From assembly GCA_038137215.1 (NCBI GenBank), contig JAYQBG010000009.1, forward strand, positions 20,291-84,290: a DNA stretch of 64,000 nucleotides, given 5' to 3'. Below the pieces are notes generated by a model. That model worked only from the letters and a program-made list of their open reading frames with translations. It made no database searches and was not told where the DNA came from. Source of the stretch: Alphaproteobacteria bacterium (GTDB lineage Bacteria; Pseudomonadota; Alphaproteobacteria; UBA6615). Below, in pieces: positions 10,397 through 20,030 of this stretch; within the stretch, counting starts at the first letter, position 1; the number at the start of each line of letters is the position of its first letter. The position numbers and the translations under genes are program-made.

Positions 10397-11110
10397 TCAG
10401 GATTTTTCCTCATCGCTGTCCGCGTCACCCGCAGCTTCAGCAGGTTCGGCGTCCGCAGATTCGTCCGGACTTCCGTCGGCTTCCTCTGCCACCCGTTCGG
10501 CGACGTCCTCTTCGACCATGCCCTCAACAGCTGCGGCTTCCGCACCCTTGTCATCGGCAATCGCGAGCGCTTCCTCGGCCAGGGCCAGTGCCGCCTCGGC
10601 CGCTTCGCTTTCCTCGGCGATCTCGGTGATCGACAGACCGCGTTCGCGCTGGGTTGCTGCTTCGTCCTCGGTGCGCGCCACATTGATCGTGACTTCCACC
10701 TGGACTTCCGGGTGCAGCGAAATACGCACCGGATGCAGCCCGAGTTCCTTGATCGGACGGTCGAGCATGACCTGACCGCGCGAGATCGTCACGCCTGATT
10801 CGGTGACAGAGTCGGCAATGTCGCGACCACTGACCGAACCATAGAGCTGGCCGTTGTCGCCCGCCTGACGGATCAGCGCGATGTCTAGATCGTCGAGCTT
10901 TGCCGCGACGGCCTCGGCATCCTTGCGGCGTTCTAGGTTCTCGGCTTCCAGCTGAGCTCGCTGAGCTTCGAACTGGCTTTTGTTGCCGTCGGTTGCGCGC
11001 AGGGCCTTTTTCTGCGGCAAGAGGAAGTTGCGCGCATAGCCCGGCTTTACCTTTACCACATCGCCCATCTGGCCGAGTTTTTCGATACGTTCGAGAAGAA
11101 TTACTTCCAT
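10397..11110 (-). CDS. rplI: 50S ribosomal protein L9 with about 80-aa acidic Ala/Glu/Asp-rich C-terminal extension
   Basis: [36 protein letters not shown]; 237 aa against about 150 typical. Confidence 0.9.
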   Translation of the reverse strand: MEVILLERIEKLGQMGDVVKVKPGYARNFLLPQKKALRATDGNKSQFEAQRAQLEAENLERRKDAEAVAAKLDDLDIALIRQAGDNGQLYGSVSGRDIADSVTESGVTISRGQVMLDRPIKELGLHPVRISLHPEVQVEVTINVARTEDEAATQRERGLSITEIAEESEAAEAALALAEEALAIADDKGAEAAAVEGMVEEDVAERVAEEADGSPDESADAEPAEAAGDADSDEEKS

Positions 11111-11111
11111 G

Positions 11112-12077
11112 TCACACCTCCAGGCCGGCCGGGACGCGCCCGAAGCGGCGGCGAAGTTCGAGGGTTTGGTCCGCCACGCCGATCAACGCAACAACTGCGA
11201 TAAGGGGCGGGAAGACGATTATAAAGCCGTAGAACACGGCGATAACGAGATAAGAGATTGGTGTTCGGCGCGCGATGGCGTGGAACGTTCCGGCACCGGC
11301 CAGGAACATGGGCACCAGCAGGGCCAGCGCCGCATTCTGTCCCAGATAGGCCAGATTGAAGTCCCCAACGATCACGAACAGAATCGCAAGCCCGAAGGCG
11401 AAGGGAATCCAAAGCGGCAGGCGGAGTTCTTCCATGCGCGGTGCCGGACGCCGCAAGGCGCCCGCAAAGTGCAGCAACGCAAGCGCGCCGGCCGTTGCGA
11501 TGGACAGCATCAGCAGCCAGGCCGCAACAATCCCGCCCGGAAATAGCGGATTCAGAACATCCACCAGAGCACGCGTACGATGAAAACCGAGTTCCGGCAT
11601 CAAACCCGTGAGGGCCGGTTCAAGAAAGGACCGCGTCAGGAAGGGCAGATCCGTGTTTCCCTGAATGACCATGGCCGCAAACACACACATGGCAAGCAGT
11701 GCGCCGGCGAGAAGCCAGGCCATCACGTTCAGGGGCGGATGCCATTCGATGTAGCCCAGAGAGGTCGTTCGTGACCGCTGGAGTTGCTGTACAGCAAAAA
11801 CCACTGGAATGGCAAAAAGTCCCGCGAACAGGACAACCGGCTCCGAACTGAGTGCAAAAACGATTACCAGGGCGAAGACCAGCATCAGGCCGGTCACGCC
11901 GGCTCCGATGGCGGCCAGCAGTCCGAGCCCCAGACTGGCGGCCATCAGCAGCACGCCGGTGAGGGTCAGCGGCGCGACAGCACCCAGCCCCAACGCGAAC
12001 GGAGCCGCGAAAATCAGCGCCGCTGCCGCACCGGCGGCAAGCGTCAGGACGAAGTTTTTGGCCGTGCCTTGCATCAT
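11112..12077 (-). CDS. polytopic inner-membrane protein (DUF2232-like) conserved between rpsR and rplI in alphaproteobacteria
   Basis: Start chosen at [16 protein letters not shown].. (12077), 44 nt after the rpsR stop. The track ORF start (12185) overlaps rpsR. About 8 TM helices. Confidence 0.55.
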   Translation of the reverse strand: MMQGTAKNFVLTLAAGAAAALIFAAPFALGLGAVAPLTLTGVLLMAASLGLGLLAAIGAGVTGLMLVFALVIVFALSSEPVVLFAGLFAIPVVFAVQQLQRSRTTSLGYIEWHPPLNVMAWLLAGALLAMCVFAAMVIQGNTDLPFLTRSFLEPALTGLMPELGFHRTRALVDVLNPLFPGGIVAAWLLMLSIATAGALALLHFAGALRRPAPRMEELRLPLWIPFAFGLAILFVIVGDFNLAYLGQNAALALLVPMFLAGAGTFHAIARRTPISYLVIAVFYGFIIVFPPLIAVVALIGVADQTLELRRRFGRVPAGLEV

Positions 12078-12120
12078 CGCATCCGTGTCGTTCGCGCAAA
12101 TGCGAAAGACGATCCGTGCC

Positions 12121-12384
12121 TCAGTCGAGGACGTAGGGCAGCAGCGCCATGAAACGGGCGCGCTTGATGGCGCGTGCCAGTTCACGTTGCTTCTTTGCCG
12201 AGACAGCCGTGATACGGCTCGGCACGATCTTGCCGCGTTCCGAAATGTATCGGCTCAGCAATTTCGTATCCTTGTAGTCGATCCGCGGCGCATTCTCGCC
12301 GGTGAACGGGCAGGTCTTGCGACGGCGGAAGAACGGACGACGGCCACCGCCGCCGCCGCCACCTGAGCGGGGTCCCATAGCCAT
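12121..12384 (-). CDS. rpsR: 30S ribosomal protein S18
   Basis: 87 aa; ..[58 protein letters not shown]..; N-terminal Gly7 run encoded by a (GGC)n repeat. Confidence 0.9.
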   Translation of the reverse strand: MAMGPRSGGGGGGGRRPFFRRRKTCPFTGENAPRIDYKDTKLLSRYISERGKIVPSRITAVSAKKQRELARAIKRARFMALLPYVLD

Positions 12385-12863
12385 TATTCTTTCTCCCCTT
12401 CGCTGTCTGAATCGGAGCTCGACGCGGCTGCGTCATCGGCCGGAGCCGCGGCGGCTACCGGGGCGTCCTCGGTCTTGGCGGCTTCTGCACGCGGTGCGGA
12501 TCTTTCGCCGTCATCGTCGTCCCGACGCGAACCGCGTTCGTTGCGGCCCTGCATCATGACGGTCGGCAGTTCTTCGTGCTCGTCAACGCGCAAAGTCATA
12601 TATCGAAGGATGTCTTCGTGGATGCGCTGCTGGCGTTCGAGTTCGTTGATGACATCCGACGGTGCGTCGATGTTCATCAGAACGTAGTGGCCCTTCCGGT
12701 TTTTCTTGATCCGGTAGGTGAGGTTGCGAAGACCCCAGGACTCGGTCTCGACGACCTTGCCGCCGCCGCTTTCAACGACACCGGTGAAGGTGTTGACGAT
12801 CTCATCAACCTGCGCGCCGGATACATCCTGACGCGCAATAAAGACGTGTTCATAGAGTGGCAT
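12384..12863 (-). CDS. rpsF: 30S ribosomal protein S6 with acidic C-terminal tail
   Basis: [27 protein letters not shown]..; ATG overlaps the rpsR region by 1 nt. Confidence 0.9.
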   Translation of the reverse strand: MPLYEHVFIARQDVSGAQVDEIVNTFTGVVESGGGKVVETESWGLRNLTYRIKKNRKGHYVLMNIDAPSDVINELERQQRIHEDILRYMTLRVDEHEELPTVMMQGRNERGSRRDDDDGERSAPRAEAAKTEDAPVAAAAPADDAAASSSDSDSEGEKE

Positions 12864-13118
12864 ATGCTGCGACTCCCTTTGGCTGTTTACTGACCGCCGC
12901 CGATCGCCCCGTTCACGGGCCGCGGCTGCACGGTCATATCCGGTGGGCCCAATGCGTCACCGGCAAGGAGAACGGTGCGGATTTCTCCCCGCCACCGAAT
13001 GAAGCGCGGGAATACACTAGTTGGACTTGTCGGTGCAAGCGCTTCCTTGCGGTGTCTTGCGACGCTGCGTGAGCGCCTATATGACTGACCGAAAGAGACA
13101 TTGAGGGGAAATTCCAAA
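12864..13118. promoter_or_regulatory. divergent promoter region (rpsF operon leftward, fabD rightward); candidate S6:S18-binding leader on the minus strand
   Basis: 255-bp gap between divergent starts. Short dyads such as gcaagcgcttccttgc are present. The structure was not verified. Confidence 0.3.
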
Positions 13119-14060
13119 ATGAGCCGTGCATTTGTCTTTCCGGGACAGGGAAGTCAGGAAGTGGGAATGGGTCTGGCGCTGGCGGATGCCTTTCCCGCCG
13201 CCAAGCTGGTCTTTGAGGAAGTTGACGACGCGCTGGAACACCGGCTCAGCCGGATCATGTTCGAAGGCCCGATCGAGGAACTGACCCTGACCGAGAACGC
13301 CCAGCCGGCCCTGATGGCGGTCAGTATGGCGGTGGTGCGGGTGATTGAATCCGAAGGCGGAACCAAGATCGCCGACCTGGCGTCCTTCGTGGCCGGACAC
13401 AGTTTGGGTGAATACTCGGCGCTCGCCGCCGCCGGCGCACTGCCTCTGGCGGAAACCGCACGGCTTCTGCAGACCCGCGGCGAGGCCATGCAGGCCGCTG
13501 TCCCGGTGGGGCAGGGTGCAATGGCCGCAATCCTGGGCCCGGCCCTGGAAGAGGTGGAAGCGATTGCCGCGGATGCCGCCTCGGATCAGGTCTGCGATGT
13601 GGCAAACGACAACTCGGACGGGCAGGTCGTGGTGAGCGGAAACACCGAGGCCGTCGAACGGGCTGTGGAGATCGCCAAGGAGCGTGGCGCGAAACGGGCG
13701 ATGATGCTGACGGTCAGCGCACCGTTTCACTGTGCCTTGCTCGATCCCGCAGCGGACGTCATGACCTATGCGCTGGCTTCGGCGAACATGTCGGCCCCCA
13801 ATCCGCCGCTGATTGCCAATGTAACGGCTGAACCCGTTTCCGACCCCGATGATATTCGCAACCTGCTGATCGAGCAGGTGACCAGCCGCGTGCGTTGGCG
13901 TGAAAGTGTGCTGGCCATGCGCGATCTGGGCGTCGAAGAACTCTGCGAACTCGGCGCCGGGAAGGTCCTGTCAGGTCTGGTACGCCGGATCGACCGCGAC
14001 ATGTCGAGCCGGGCGATCGGAACACCTGCCGACATCGAAGATTTTCTCGGGTCGCTCTAA
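13119..14060 (+). CDS. fabD: malonyl CoA-ACP transacylase
   Basis: MSRAFVFPGQGSQEVGMG..GHSLGEYSALAAAG; GAGGGGAAA SD before ATG 13119. Confidence 0.9.
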   Translation: MSRAFVFPGQGSQEVGMGLALADAFPAAKLVFEEVDDALEHRLSRIMFEGPIEELTLTENAQPALMAVSMAVVRVIESEGGTKIADLASFVAGHSLGEYSALAAAGALPLAETARLLQTRGEAMQAAVPVGQGAMAAILGPALEEVEAIAADAASDQVCDVANDNSDGQVVVSGNTEAVERAVEIAKERGAKRAMMLTVSAPFHCALLDPAADVMTYALASANMSAPNPPLIANVTAEPVSDPDDIRNLLIEQVTSRVRWRESVLAMRDLGVEELCELGAGKVLSGLVRRIDRDMSSRAIGTPADIEDFLGSL

Positions 14061-14090
14061 ACACCCCCAAAGAACAAGAAGAGGAACGCT

Positions 14091-14828
14091 ATGTTCGATC
14101 TTGAAGGCAAGACCGCGCTGGTCACCGGCGCATCGGGAGGTATCGGCGGTGCCATTGCCCGCCAGCTTCATGCGCGGGGTGCGATGATTGTCGCCAGCGG
14201 CACCCGGATCGAGAAGCTAGAAGGTCTGGCTGCCGATCTGGGTGACCGGTGTCATGCGGTTGCGGCCAACCTGTCCGAGCCGGATGCCCCTGATGCATTG
14301 ATTGCCGCAGCGGGCGAGGTGGCCGGTGGTGTGGATATCCTGATAAACAATGCCGGCCTGACGCGCGACAATCTCGCGATGCGCATGAAAGACGAAGAAT
14401 GGCAACAGGTGATCGACGTGAACCTGTCCTCTGCCTTCCGGCTCACTCGGGGCGTGTTGCGCGGCATGATGAAGGCACGTTGGGGCCGTGTGGTCACGAT
14501 AACCTCCGTGGTCGGTACAACCGGCAATCCGGGGCAGGCGAATTACGCTGCGTCGAAAGCTGGTCTGACCGGGATGTCGAAGGCCCTGGCTCAGGAGGTT
14601 GCAAGCCGGGGGCTCACCGTGAACTGTATCGCGCCCGGGTTCATCGAAACCCCGATGACTGATGCCCTGTCGGACGATCAGAAGGCCGCACTGCTCGAGC
14701 GCATCCCCTCGGGGCGGCTCGGCGTAGTGGATGATATCGCGGCCTGCGCGGTCTATCTGTCGAGCGACGAGGCATCCTATGTGACGGGCCAGACACTGCA
14801 TGTGAATGGCGGAATGGCGATGATCTAG
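14091..14828 (+). CDS. fabG: 3-oxoacyl-ACP reductase
   Basis: TGASGGIGGAIA, NNAGLTRD, YAASKAGLTGMSKALA catalytic YxxxK; fab cluster context. Confidence 0.9.
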   Translation: MFDLEGKTALVTGASGGIGGAIARQLHARGAMIVASGTRIEKLEGLAADLGDRCHAVAANLSEPDAPDALIAAAGEVAGGVDILINNAGLTRDNLAMRMKDEEWQQVIDVNLSSAFRLTRGVLRGMMKARWGRVVTITSVVGTTGNPGQANYAASKAGLTGMSKALAQEVASRGLTVNCIAPGFIETPMTDALSDDQKAALLERIPSGRLGVVDDIAACAVYLSSDEASYVTGQTLHVNGGMAMI

Positions 14829-14861
14829 ACGATTGCGTGATGTGCGTGGCTTGACGTTACG

Positions 14862-14890
14862 CGCGAACGAAGCTAAGTCGCGGCCTACCT
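14862..14890 (+). promoter_or_regulatory. candidate sigma-70 promoter for acpP (TTGACG-N17-TAAGTC)
   Basis: Read by eye in the 243-bp fabG-acpP gap. Confidence 0.3.
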
Positions 14891-15070
14891 TCACTGTGGA
14901 TTACGGTCTCTGGCTCGTGCATATGCGCTGTGATAGGGATCGATGGTCGTTTTCGGGGGCACTTGGTCACCGAATCGTCTTAAATCGTTGTCGTAGAAAC
15001 GATCCCGTTTCGGGATTGGGAAATCGTCCCCCTGCGGGATAACGAAACAAGAAATTGAGGGCAGGCTGAA

Positions 15071-15307
15071 ATGAGCGATATTGCCGAACGCGTCCAAAAA
15101 ATCGTTGTCGAACACCTGGGTGTCGATGAGGGCAAAGTAACCGAGAATGCAAGTTTCATCGATGATCTGGGCGCGGACAGCCTCGACACCGTTGAACTCG
15201 TCATGGCATTCGAGGAAGAGTTCGGGTGTGAAATCCCTGACGACGCGGCCGAGAAGATTCTCACGGTCGGCGACGCCGTGAAGTTCCTCGAAGAAGCTGC
15301 TGACTGA
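15071..15307 (+). CDS. acpP: acyl carrier protein
   Basis: 78 aa; [19 protein letters not shown] with phosphopantetheine Ser. Confidence 0.95.
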   Translation: MSDIAERVQKIVVEHLGVDEGKVTENASFIDDLGADSLDTVELVMAFEEEFGCEIPDDAAEKILTVGDAVKFLEEAAD

Positions 15308-15378
15308 CTTTCGGCACCTGACCCGGGCGGTTCGCACCGCGCTGGTCATGCAACCGTAAAACAGCGCATCGGAATCCT

Positions 15379-16638
15379 ATGAGACGTGTCGTTGTCACCG
15401 GAATGGGTCTCGTCACGCCGCTCGGCGTGGGCCTCGACCATAACTGGACCCGCCTGACCAATGGTGAGTCCGGGGCATCTGCTATCGAAAAGTTCGATGT
15501 GTCGGACCTGCCTACGAAAATCGCCGCGCAAGTGCCGCGCGGTGACGGGAGCAACGGCACGTTCAATGCCGATGACTATGTGCCGGCCAAAGATCAGCGC
15601 CGGATCGACGAGTTTATAGTCTATGGCATATCGGCGGCTGTGGAAGCGGTTGAGGATTCCGGCTGGAAGCCGGATGCGGAGTACGATCAGGAGCGCACTG
15701 GCGTCATGATCGGCTCTGGCATCGGCGGCCTGCAGACGATCTATGAAGGCTCGACGCTGCTGAACGAGAAGGGCCCCCGCAAGGTGGGGCCATTCTTTAT
15801 TCCATCTGCCCTGATCAACCTGGCATCGGGCCAGATCTCGATCCGCTATGGATTCAAGGGCCCCAACCATGCCGTGGTGACGGCCTGTTCGACCGGGGCT
15901 CACGCAATCGGAGATGCGGCCCGGCTGATCATGTGGGACGACGCCGATGTGATGGTTGCCGGGGGCGCGGAAGCCGCGATCTGCCGGATCGGGATCGCCG
16001 GATTTGCAGCTTGCCGGGCACTTTCGACCGGATACAACGACACCCCCGAAAAGGGGTCCCGACCCTATGACAAGGGCCGGGACGGCTTCGTCATGGGTGA
16101 GGGTGCCGGTGTTGTCGTGCTTGAGGAATACGAGCATGCCAAGGCGCGCGGCGCCAAGATCTATGCCGAGGTGACCGGCTATGGCCTATCCGGTGATGCA
16201 CATCACATCACCGCGCCGGCAGAGGACGGGAACGGCGGCTACCGTTCGATGGAAGCTGCTCTCAAACGTGCCGGCATCAACCGCGAGGATATCGACTACG
16301 TGAATGCGCACGGCACCTCGACCCCGCTCGGGGACGAGATCGAGCTGGGTGCAGTCAAACGTCTGTTCGGTGATCACGCCTACGAGTTGTCGATGTCCTC
16401 GACCAAGTCGGCCATCGGCCATTTGCTCGGTGCGGCGGGTGCAGTCGAAGCGATCTACTCGATCATGGCGATCAACAACAATGTCGTGCCACCGACGATC
16501 AACCTCGACGATCCGTCGGATGCCTGCGATATCGACCTTGTGCCGCATACAGCCAAGGAGCGGCCTGTTCGCAATGCTTTGAGCAATTCCTTCGGCTTTG
16601 GCGGCACCAATGCCAGCCTGGTTTTCGCCGAAGTCTGA
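15379..16638 (+). CDS. fabF: 3-oxoacyl-ACP synthase II
   Basis: 419 aa; active-site ..AVVTACSTGAHAIGDA.., HGTSTPLGD, GHLLGAAG. Confidence 0.9.
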   Translation: MRRVVVTGMGLVTPLGVGLDHNWTRLTNGESGASAIEKFDVSDLPTKIAAQVPRGDGSNGTFNADDYVPAKDQRRIDEFIVYGISAAVEAVEDSGWKPDAEYDQERTGVMIGSGIGGLQTIYEGSTLLNEKGPRKVGPFFIPSALINLASGQISIRYGFKGPNHAVVTACSTGAHAIGDAARLIMWDDADVMVAGGAEAAICRIGIAGFAACRALSTGYNDTPEKGSRPYDKGRDGFVMGEGAGVVVLEEYEHAKARGAKIYAEVTGYGLSGDAHHITAPAEDGNGGYRSMEAALKRAGINREDIDYVNAHGTSTPLGDEIELGAVKRLFGDHAYELSMSSTKSAIGHLLGAAGAVEAIYSIMAINNNVVPPTINLDDPSDACDIDLVPHTAKERPVRNALSNSFGFGGTNASLVFAEV

Positions 16639-16678
16639 CCCTCGCGATTCCATATTTCCCGGGTATCATGACCGGGTC

Positions 16679-17713
16679 ATGAACGAGATCTCCGAAACTC
16701 CTCTGGAAAGACCGCCACGGCGGCGATGGACCTGGCTGCTGTCGGGTTTTGTCCTGATGCTGATAGCCGCGGCGACCGTGGGTGGCGGCGCCATCGTCAT
16801 GTTGAATCGGGCCTATTCGGACCCGGGACCGCTCATGGCCGAAACCCGTCTGATTATTCCTGCCGGTGCGACCGGTCGTGATATTGCCCGGGCGCTGACC
16901 GAGAACGGGGTCGTGTCTGATGCGCGCCTGGTACAAATTTCTTTGCGGACCTTCGCCCCGGATCGGCTGATGCGTGCGGGAGAGTACATGTTTTCTCCCG
17001 GCATCAGTCTGCGCGATGCCATTGCCAAATTGCAGGATGGCGACGTCGTCGTTCGTCGCATAACCTTTGCCGAGGGCCTGACAACGCGCCAGATGCTGGC
17101 CGAACTGAGCCAGGCAGAAGGCCTGACCGGACCGGTTCCCGAGTCCGACAAAATCGGTGAAGGAACACTCCTGCCGGAGACCTATCACTATTCCTGGGGC
17201 GATAGCCGGAACGGTGTTGTGGCACGGATGCAGGCAGCTATGACAGAGACGGTGGCCCGGCTCTGGGCGCAACGCGCCGAAGGCTTGCCGCTGAACTCGC
17301 CCGAGGAAGCAGTCGTGCTGGCGTCTATTATCGAGCGCGAGACGGCCGTGCCCGAAGAACGCGGGAAAGTGGCCGGTGTCTTCATCAATCGTCTGAATCG
17401 GGGCATGCGCCTGCAATCAGATCCGACCGTGGCTTACGGACTGCGCACAGAGAATGGCGAATTCACCGCGCGGTTGCTCTTCCGGCATCTGGAGACCGAT
17501 CACCTATACAATACCTATACCCGCGACGGCTTGCCGCCGGCCCCTATCGCAAATCCGGGGGAGGGCAGTATTGCGGCCGCGCTCAACCCCGAGGACACCC
17601 GGTATTTCTATTTTGTTGCCGACGGCACCGGCGGACACGCGTTTGCCAGAACCCTGGCGGAGCACAACCGCAACGTTGCCAAATGGCGGCGCATCCAGCG
17701 GCAAAATCGCTAG
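16679..17713 (+). CDS. mltG: endolytic murein transglycosylase MltG (YceG family)
   Basis: Start at MNEISETPLERPPRRRWTWLL (N-terminal TM); YceG-like domain; conserved position after fabF. Confidence 0.75.
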   Translation: MNEISETPLERPPRRRWTWLLSGFVLMLIAAATVGGGAIVMLNRAYSDPGPLMAETRLIIPAGATGRDIARALTENGVVSDARLVQISLRTFAPDRLMRAGEYMFSPGISLRDAIAKLQDGDVVVRRITFAEGLTTRQMLAELSQAEGLTGPVPESDKIGEGTLLPETYHYSWGDSRNGVVARMQAAMTETVARLWAQRAEGLPLNSPEEAVVLASIIERETAVPEERGKVAGVFINRLNRGMRLQSDPTVAYGLRTENGEFTARLLFRHLETDHLYNTYTRDGLPPAPIANPGEGSIAAALNPEDTRYFYFVADGTGGHAFARTLAEHNRNVAKWRRIQRQNR

Positions 17714-17745
17714 GACTGCGCGTATGCGTCGCAGTGACACGAATG

Positions 17746-17791
17746 CCTTCTGGTCCTAACATTAGGTTAATCTAATGTTAAGACCAGAAGG
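17746..17791. promoter_or_regulatory. 46-bp near-perfect palindrome (19-bp arms with 1 mismatch, 8-bp spacer) overlapping SD of the copper-chaperone gene; contains TTAA-N7-TTAAC on the minus strand
   Basis: ccttctggtcctaacatta ggttaatc taatgttaagaccagaagg; the right arm ends inside the GGAG SD. Confidence 0.5.
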
Positions 17792-17801
17792 AGTGGAGCC
17801 T

Positions 17802-18269
17802 ATGAATTCGGGTTTGTTCAAAGCAGCTTTGGTGAGTGCGTCGTTGTTGATGGCACCTTCGATTGGCATGGCCGCCGATATGAAGCACGGCGCCGGGAAC
17901 ACGATGAAACATGGCGACATGAGCCAGGAGCAGATGTCCAAGGGTATTAAAACCAGCAATGTCTGGTCGCGCGCGACGACGCCGACCGCCAGGACGGGTG
18001 CGGTGTTTCTGGAACTCACAAATATGGGCGATGCGCCCGATCTGCTTTTATCTGCAGCCTCCGACATTGCCGAGAAAGTCGAGTTGCATACGCATCTGAT
18101 GGACAAGGGCGTCATGAAAATGCGCGCGGTGGAGGCGTTTGAGGTCGCTCCGGGCGCCCCGACGATTCTGCAGCCCGGTGGCAATCACATCATGCTGATC
18201 GGTCTGCATCGCGGTCTGAGCGAGGGTGAAACCTTCCCTGTCACGCTGACATTCCGTGATGCCGGGTAG
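17802..18269 (+). CDS. periplasmic copper chaperone PCu(A)C (DUF461), ends at in-frame TAG; conserved C-terminal strand and His-rich tail continue in-frame to 18344
   Basis: Signal peptide MNSGLFKAALVSASLLMAPSIGMAAD; copper motif HTHLMDKGVMKM; after the TAG the same frame reads IELEVTVGPAGARGHGGHKGHGGN then TAA. Confidence 0.65.
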   Translation: MNSGLFKAALVSASLLMAPSIGMAADMKHGAGNTMKHGDMSQEQMSKGIKTSNVWSRATTPTARTGAVFLELTNMGDAPDLLLSAASDIAEKVELHTHLMDKGVMKMRAVEAFEVAPGAPTILQPGGNHIMLIGLHRGLSEGETFPVTLTFRDAG

Positions 18270-18347
18270 ATTGAACTCGAGGTTACGGTCGGTCCCGCCG
18301 GTGCGCGCGGGCATGGTGGACATAAGGGGCATGGTGGCAACTAAAGC

Positions 18348-18368
18348 GGTCTGAAGGCCGTTCAGACC
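18348..18368. terminator. 8-bp stem hairpin (ggtctgaa/ttcagacc) between convergent PCuAC and SDR genes; includes SDR stop codon
   Basis: Inverted repeat read directly. Weak T-tract, so low confidence as an intrinsic terminator. Confidence 0.3.
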
Positions 18369-19162
18369 TTCTGCCCGGGCTGTTCCATCACCTGATTGAT
18401 GACCCGGTTGTAGCCGCCGAAATCAAGGAAGCCGCCATCGACGGCGATGTCATGGCCGGTGATGTAGCTTGAATCGTCGCAGGCAAGAAACAGGACCACC
18501 GAGGCGATTTCTTCTGGTTCGGCACCACGCTGCATGGGCGTCTGATCCCCCAGGGCATCGATAAAGTCGTCTGATCCTTCGACTAGGGGAGTCAGAACCA
18601 GCCCGGGTGCGACGGTGTTGACCCGGATTCCCCAGTCACGAAGTTCCATCGCCGCGCTTTTCGTGACGCCGCGAATGCCCCATTTGCTTGCGCTGTAGGC
18701 GGTCGAGAAATGCCCCGTCATGCCGGCGATGGACCCGGTGTTGACGATGGCGCCACCGCCGCTGTCGCGGATCAGCGGTGCGGCTGTCTGGATGCCCAGA
18801 AACGGCCCGGTCAGGTTCACCGCGATGACCCGGTTCCAGTCGTTCAGCGCGGTATTGGTGACCCGCCCGCCACGCAATGCCACCCCGGCGTTGTTGATCA
18901 GAATGTGGAGCGCGCCGTAGTCCGCGCGAATCCCGTCGATGACCTGCTGCCAGTTGCCCTGATCGGCGACATCCAGGTGACGATACTGTGCATCGCCGCC
19001 GGCATCTCGGATTGACTTGGCTTCGGCTTCGCCCTTGTCGTCCTGAACATCGGCCAGAATAACCCGGGCTCCGGACTGGGCAAACAAGCGCGCTTCGGCG
19101 GCCCCTTGTCCGCCGCTGGCACCGGTCACAAGTGCGATCTTGTCCTTCAACTTCTGGTCCAT
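18362..19162 (-). CDS. SDR-family oxidoreductase
   Basis: 266 aa; TGASGGQGAA, NNAG, YSASKWGIRGVTKSAA (YxxxK). Confidence 0.8.
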   Translation of the reverse strand: MDQKLKDKIALVTGASGGQGAAEARLFAQSGARVILADVQDDKGEAEAKSIRDAGGDAQYRHLDVADQGNWQQVIDGIRADYGALHILINNAGVALRGGRVTNTALNDWNRVIAVNLTGPFLGIQTAAPLIRDSGGGAIVNTGSIAGMTGHFSTAYSASKWGIRGVTKSAAMELRDWGIRVNTVAPGLVLTPLVEGSDDFIDALGDQTPMQRGAEPEEIASVVLFLACDDSSYITGHDIAVDGGFLDFGGYNRVINQVMEQPGQKV

Positions 19163-19183
19163 GGGATTCTCCTGTCTGTTTGT

Positions 19184-19909
19184 TCAGATCAACGCGAGCA
19201 TGCGTACGCCCAAATAGAGAGGCAACGGGAACGCGATGGTGCCCCGGTTGCGGGCGAGTTTATTGCGGATGAAACGAGCCGCGCGGTCGGACTCCCACAA
19301 CAACGGCATGCGGAAGTCATTGGCGTCGGTCATCCGCGAGCGCACGAAGCCTGGGCAGATCACGCTGACTCCAATCCCGTCCGGCGCGAGTTTGCGGCGC
19401 AAACCGGCGCCGTAATACCGTACGGCGGCTTTGCTGGCACAATATGCCGGTGCATCGCGAAACGCGTAAAAACTCGCCAGGCTCGACATCACCGCGATCT
19501 GGCCGTGACGGCGGGCCTGCATGGCCGAGATCAACGGCGTGACCGTAGTGACCACGCCATCCACATTGGTGGCGAAGATTTCTGTATCGCTATACCGGAC
19601 AGCGTCGCTGCGTTTGCGTGCGCCCGCGGAGATGCCTGCATTTGCCACCACAAGATCCAGCGGTGCGGTCGTGTCCGACTCCGTGAGCCAGTCCGCCATG
19701 GCGCTGCGGTCCGTCACGTCGAGAACGCGGGTCCGGCACGTTGCGCCGGCGCCGGAAGCCTGTCGGGCGACTGCTTCGAGACGTTCCTGGTTGCGGCCGC
19801 TGAGAAACAGGCTGTGACCCGGTTGTGCATAGGCCAGCGCGAGCGCGGCGCCGATCCCGCTTGAGGCGCCGGTGATCAGAATGTTGCGGGGGGACGCGAA
19901 GGCTCTCAT
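19184..19909 (-). CDS. SDR-family oxidoreductase
   Basis: 241 aa; ITGASSGIGAALA, NAGISAG, YCASKAAVRYYGAGL. Confidence 0.8.
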   Translation of the reverse strand: MRAFASPRNILITGASSGIGAALALAYAQPGHSLFLSGRNQERLEAVARQASGAGATCRTRVLDVTDRSAMADWLTESDTTAPLDLVVANAGISAGARKRSDAVRYSDTEIFATNVDGVVTTVTPLISAMQARRHGQIAVMSSLASFYAFRDAPAYCASKAAVRYYGAGLRRKLAPDGIGVSVICPGFVRSRMTDANDFRMPLLWESDRAARFIRNKLARNRGTIAFPLPLYLGVRMLALI

Positions 19910-20030
19910 GGGGCTGTGTTTGTCAAGCGGGCTGCTTGTTGGGGGTGAGGCACCAAGCTATAAGGCGATGCATGAAAAAACCAGCCATCCCGAAAGTGAG
20001 TTGCACCTGCTGTCGAAATTGGAGGGCGGC

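Noticed and set aside
17765-17782. Perfect TTAA-N7-TTAAC (CtrA box) taken as a cell-cycle regulatory site
   Set aside because: It is the AT-rich centre of a much longer perfect dyad. CtrA sites are not embedded in 19-bp symmetric arms. It is kept only as a note inside the palindrome finding.
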